This document shows positions 60,333 through 64,000 of a DNA stretch of 64,000 bases, piece by piece. Under the pieces are notes generated by a model. The model searched no databases. It saw nothing but the letters and a program-made list of their open reading frames with translations, and was not told the origin of the DNA. Within the stretch, counting starts at the first letter, position 1, and each line of letters opens with the position of its first letter. The position numbers were made by a program, and so were the translations under genes. Origin of the DNA: Candidatus Latescibacterota bacterium (GTDB taxonomy: Bacteria; Latescibacterota; UBA2968; UBA8231); contig OY730476.1 in NCBI GenBank assembly GCA_963422735.1, positions 2,464,001 through 2,528,000 on the forward strand, given 5' to 3'.

Positions 60333-62981
60333 GTGAAACATAGAACTCTGCTATTGCTGGCTTGCCTGAGCGTAGCGCTATCGCTGCCGCCAAAGTCCAG
60401 TGCCCAACGCGAGACCGGCTTTGAAAACCCTTATTACACGTCTGGGGCAGAGATCGCGCCTTCGACCCTTGTGCCAACTGTGCGCAAATGGTATTTGCCG
60501 CAGCGCCTCTACTCGCTCTACGACTGGCGGCAGGAGCAGTATTCCAACTACGCGCGCAACCTTTACGAGCGCTATAACGACATCTTTCTCGAAGGCTCGC
60601 CCTTCTACGATGTGTACGGCAATTACATCACCCAGGGCTGGCAGGTGTACAATTGGACCGAGGACTACCCTACCCAAAACGGCAGCAACATTAGCAAAGA
60701 CCCGCGTTTTACCTCTTGGTTCAACAACATACTGATCGCTTCGAGCCATTCCGGGCAATTCCACTCCTCCCTGATGGTCGGCGATGGGATCCGCACGACC
60801 CTGACGCCGCTGACATTTTCCAAACCGCGTTTCGATGGGGTGCAGTGGGATCTGATGACCGACAAATACGCGATCACCCTGCTGTCCTCACGCGTCAACA
60901 ACACCGGCCGGGTCGCCGAGGAGGAAGGCGCGGCCGGGGTGCAGTTCACGACATTTACCAACCTCTGGGCCGCCCGGGGTCAGGTCGGTGTTGGGGATTT
61001 TGCCAAGTTGGGTTTGACCTTTGTCAACGCCGCCCACCGCAATTCCGATGTGCCCTTCGGCGACAACTCGCTACAGGGCTTGTTGAGCGGGCCGATGAAC
61101 GCCGATTTTGTGCGCTCGATCATCGTGCGGATCTCCGATGACTCCCCGGAGGATGGCGAGGGGGGGGCGCTATTGTCGCGCTGGCGCATCTTCGTCAATG
61201 GCGTCGAGCACACCGACGACATTGAGCCTACGGTCGAAGGCGGCCTGCGCCGTCGCGGCGTGATTGAGGCCAGCGGCCCGGACGTTATTACCCTGACCTT
61301 CAATATCGAGGATTTCTCGTCGAGCGAGGAGGACGAAATCGACGATTTCCGCCAGATCAAGTTCGTCGAGATCGGCCTAGTGTTGGCCAACGACTACAAG
61401 GTGGAGATCACCTCTAACAAGCAGACCAACCAGCTTGGTACGCCGGTATTTTTGCCGATGCTGCGCGCTCCGGGCAATGTCAAGGACGGGTCCAATCAGG
61501 CCTTCCACCGCTTCCGCTATGGCCTGCCGACGGCCAACCGCATGTTGGGTTTCGACCTAGCGATCAGCGATGTAGCCGGTTTTGAGTTGCGCGGCGAGTT
61601 CGTGCAGAATTCGCAGTACCGCCGCTATCCCAACGAGAATTTTACCCGACGCCAAGCGCTGGCCAAAAAGGAGGCCAATGCCTTCTATTTGACGGCCCAG
61701 CAGCGCTCCTACCCTTGGACGGTCTTTGTCGAGACCTTCAGCATTGACTCCGACTATTCGACCCGCGCCTTCATACCCAACGCCGAGGGCGATGTCCACT
61801 ACGACAGCGAGGAGCGCAATGTCTTCGAGTTTGTCGATGACAACGACGACCAAGACGAACTCCCCGACTGGAGTCGGCGCTATTTCGGTTCCCGCGTCAA
61901 CACCCGTCAGGGCCGGGGGCTATTGACCGATAACGCGGTCTTCCCAGGCATTGACGAGGACAACGATGACATCTCCGATTTCAACCGCAACTTCAACCGC
62001 GAGCCGGACTACGCTGAGCCGTTCCTGCGCTTCGAGATCGAGCCCCCCGAGTTCCTGTTCGGGATGGACATGAACAACAACACGGTCATCGACCGCTTCG
62101 AGGACGACACCCAAGCCGACTACCCCTATAAGCTGGGGCACCGTGGCTTCAACGTCTATGTCGGGCTGGAAGTGACGCAGGGGACCAACCTAATGGTCGG
62201 TCGTCTCGACGAGCGGTTGTTGAACACGGCTCGTAAGAACAGGTCGACCTACCTGCTGCTGACGACGAAAAAGGAGATGCCTGAGAAGAATCTCCGAATG
62301 CGCTTAGTCGTCAATCCGCGCAAGGTCAAAGACGATATCCCCGACGACGTTTTCCTGTGGGTCGATACGCCTGGCACTCGAGGCAGCGCGGTCTTGACCC
62401 GCGACCAGTTGGTGGCCCGGGACGTATTCGTCAACGCGATGTTCTTCGAAGTGCAGTACGACCGTTTCTTCCCTTTTACCACCAAGGTCAAGCACGAACT
62501 GTACAATCTATTAGGCACACCCCAAACAGGGCGCCGGGACCAGAGCTTTCTTGGCGTGGTCAACAAGGGCGAATACCCTCTCTCATTCAGGGAGTGGGAC
62601 TTCCTGCCGCGCTGGAAACAGCTCTACAGCAGCCGCACTCCGGCCGATCAAGGCGTCTTAGAGACTCAGGAGTTGACCGAGATATTCTCCATCCAAGCCA
62701 CGCGCGATATCAACGATAACATCGGCGTCACCGTCGGGGCCGAATACGAGTTATTCTACAACTTGCGCGAGCGGATAGTCCCACTACTGCCAGGTTATTT
62801 GGAGGACGGCAAGACCCTGATTTTGGCCGGGCAGATCGCCAATAGCTCTAGCTATTTAGGGTACGCGTTGACTACCAATGTCGGCGTGCGCTGGGTGCGC
62901 CAAGATCTGTTCGCCACGCCGCCGGCGTCCGATTTATTTTCCTTTATCACCGTTTTCGCAGGGCTGGGCACCGACCGCTAG
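60333..62981 (+). CDS. large exported protein, probable outer-membrane beta-barrel with Asp-rich loops
   Basis: Signal peptide; amphipathic strands (FELRGEF, GFNVYVGLEV, IGVTVGAEYE, LTTNVGVRW, FITVFAGL); DDNDDQDELPD; GTG after GGAGGG. Confidence 0.7.
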   Translation: MKHRTLLLLACLSVALSLPPKSSAQRETGFENPYYTSGAEIAPSTLVPTVRKWYLPQRLYSLYDWRQEQYSNYARNLYERYNDIFLEGSPFYDVYGNYITQGWQVYNWTEDYPTQNGSNISKDPRFTSWFNNILIASSHSGQFHSSLMVGDGIRTTLTPLTFSKPRFDGVQWDLMTDKYAITLLSSRVNNTGRVAEEEGAAGVQFTTFTNLWAARGQVGVGDFAKLGLTFVNAAHRNSDVPFGDNSLQGLLSGPMNADFVRSIIVRISDDSPEDGEGGALLSRWRIFVNGVEHTDDIEPTVEGGLRRRGVIEASGPDVITLTFNIEDFSSSEEDEIDDFRQIKFVEIGLVLANDYKVEITSNKQTNQLGTPVFLPMLRAPGNVKDGSNQAFHRFRYGLPTANRMLGFDLAISDVAGFELRGEFVQNSQYRRYPNENFTRRQALAKKEANAFYLTAQQRSYPWTVFVETFSIDSDYSTRAFIPNAEGDVHYDSEERNVFEFVDDNDDQDELPDWSRRYFGSRVNTRQGRGLLTDNAVFPGIDEDNDDISDFNRNFNREPDYAEPFLRFEIEPPEFLFGMDMNNNTVIDRFEDDTQADYPYKLGHRGFNVYVGLEVTQGTNLMVGRLDERLLNTARKNRSTYLLLTTKKEMPEKNLRMRLVVNPRKVKDDIPDDVFLWVDTPGTRGSAVLTRDQLVARDVFVNAMFFEVQYDRFFPFTTKVKHELYNLLGTPQTGRRDQSFLGVVNKGEYPLSFREWDFLPRWKQLYSSRTPADQGVLETQELTEIFSIQATRDINDNIGVTVGAEYELFYNLRERIVPLLPGYLEDGKTLILAGQIANSSSYLGYALTTNVGVRWVRQDLFATPPASDLFSFITVFAGLGTDR

Positions 62982-63018
62982 GTCGCCGGAGTTCAGCAAT
63001 TGCCCGAAGGCCGGCCGC

Positions 63019-63966
63019 GTGACACTGAATCAGGTCAACTACCTCAACACGGGATTGATGCTGGCGGCGGCGGGCATCGCGGTCGCGCTGCCATTTGAGT
63101 TGTTCCTCTTTGCCTATGCGATACTCGGGCCGGCCCATTATCTAACCCAGATCTCTTGGCTCCACGACCGCCAGTATTTTACCACCGGTAAGTGCGATTT
63201 CCTGCTCCTGCTGCTGTTGACTTTGCCGATTGCTGCGCGGTTCGTCTTTGGTCAGTGGCTGCCGGTGGGTGTGGCTTGGGATGGGATATTCGCTTTTGTT
63301 GCGCTACTCGCCGCTGCGGGGATGGCCCATTTTCAACGCGCTTTCCACAAACTGTTGCTAGGTGCCTTGGCGGCCTTGTGCGCGGGTTATATTTGCCGGA
63401 TCCCCGACATCGCGCTGTTGTTTTCCTTCTTCGTGCCAACGCTGATCCACGTGTATGTCTTTACCGGTGCCTTTATCTTGCACGGCACACTTAGAAGCCC
63501 CAATCTGTCGGGTTGGCTGTCGTTGGGCGTCTTTGTTTTGTGCGGGGCCGTGTTCTTCGTCTTTGACATCCCCAATTGGGGCTATGGGGCGACCGAATAC
63601 ATCCGCACGAGTATGGGGCGCTTGGTGGTGATCCCAGAGCAGTTTATCCGAGTATTCGGCCTGAGTACAGCATGGAATTCAGTGGTGGACGTGATGCGTT
63701 TTATCGCCTTTGCCTATACCTACCATTACCTCAACTGGTTTACCAAGACCAAGGTGATCCGCTGGCACGAAATATCGCGGCGGCGCTGTATTGCTATCGC
63801 GCTCTTATACCTTCTCTCGGTGGGGATCTATGCCGTCGATTACCGCTGGGGGATCAGCGCCCTCTTCTGCTTGAGCCTGATGCACGTGTTCTTGGAATTT
63901 CCTCTCAACCACAAGACGTTTGTCGGGATCAGTAGCCACCTGCGCGGTGTTCTGGCGCGGGCGTGA
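63019..63966 (+). CDS. hypothetical integral membrane protein with His motifs
   Basis: About 8 TM segments; LGPAHYLT, TLIHVY, YTYHYLNWF, MHVFLEFP. Confidence 0.75.
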   Translation: MTLNQVNYLNTGLMLAAAGIAVALPFELFLFAYAILGPAHYLTQISWLHDRQYFTTGKCDFLLLLLLTLPIAARFVFGQWLPVGVAWDGIFAFVALLAAAGMAHFQRAFHKLLLGALAALCAGYICRIPDIALLFSFFVPTLIHVYVFTGAFILHGTLRSPNLSGWLSLGVFVLCGAVFFVFDIPNWGYGATEYIRTSMGRLVVIPEQFIRVFGLSTAWNSVVDVMRFIAFAYTYHYLNWFTKTKVIRWHEISRRRCIAIALLYLLSVGIYAVDYRWGISALFCLSLMHVFLEFPLNHKTFVGISSHLRGVLARA

Positions 63967-64000
63967 ACGAACCCGAACACATCGGTAGCCAAACACCCCT

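Noticed and set aside
47260-62981. Assignment of the module as a flagellar (FlgD), SusCD or standard T9SS core locus
   Set aside because: Only the small Ig-like tail resembles FlgD; no flagellar, TonB-plug, SusD or GldKLMN signatures are present.
1-64000. CRISPR array, rRNA, tRNA, integrase or transposase
   Set aside because: No regularly spaced repeats, RNA gene signatures or recombinase motifs were recognised by eye.

Overview
GC-rich bacterial window. The DUF6785-like transporter paralogs, PhyH dioxygenases, Gfo/Idh/MocA oxidoreductases, ankyrin protein, YPNPFN-type C-terminal domains and a TAVE...WGQIK tail suggest a Latescibacterota/Poribacteria-like, possibly host-associated lineage (inference only). 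The left 47 kb mixes intact catabolic and transport genes with many frameshifted, nonsense-mutated or deletion-fused pseudogenes, and every toxin-antitoxin/Fic module is broken. The right end (47.3-63 kb) holds a largely intact co-oriented envelope module: TPR protein, FG-GAP/ASPIC-UnbV protein, PpiC foldase, a secreted WGxIK-tailed protein followed by a 15-bp hairpin, a lipoprotein, three paralogous exported proteins ending in a FlgD-Ig/TPNxD domain, and a large Asp-rich, barrel-like protein. A collapsed relic of an apparent second copy at 23.8-24.7 kb suggests a repeated, lineage-specific surface/secretion system; this is the best candidate for an undescribed system. Other signals: a duplicated leaderless promoter plus gene start that now forms a coupled 22-codon uORF, CCWGG depletion with CCAAG/CTTGG excess, and several palindromic elements. 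No rRNA, tRNA, CRISPR array or intact transposase was recognised.
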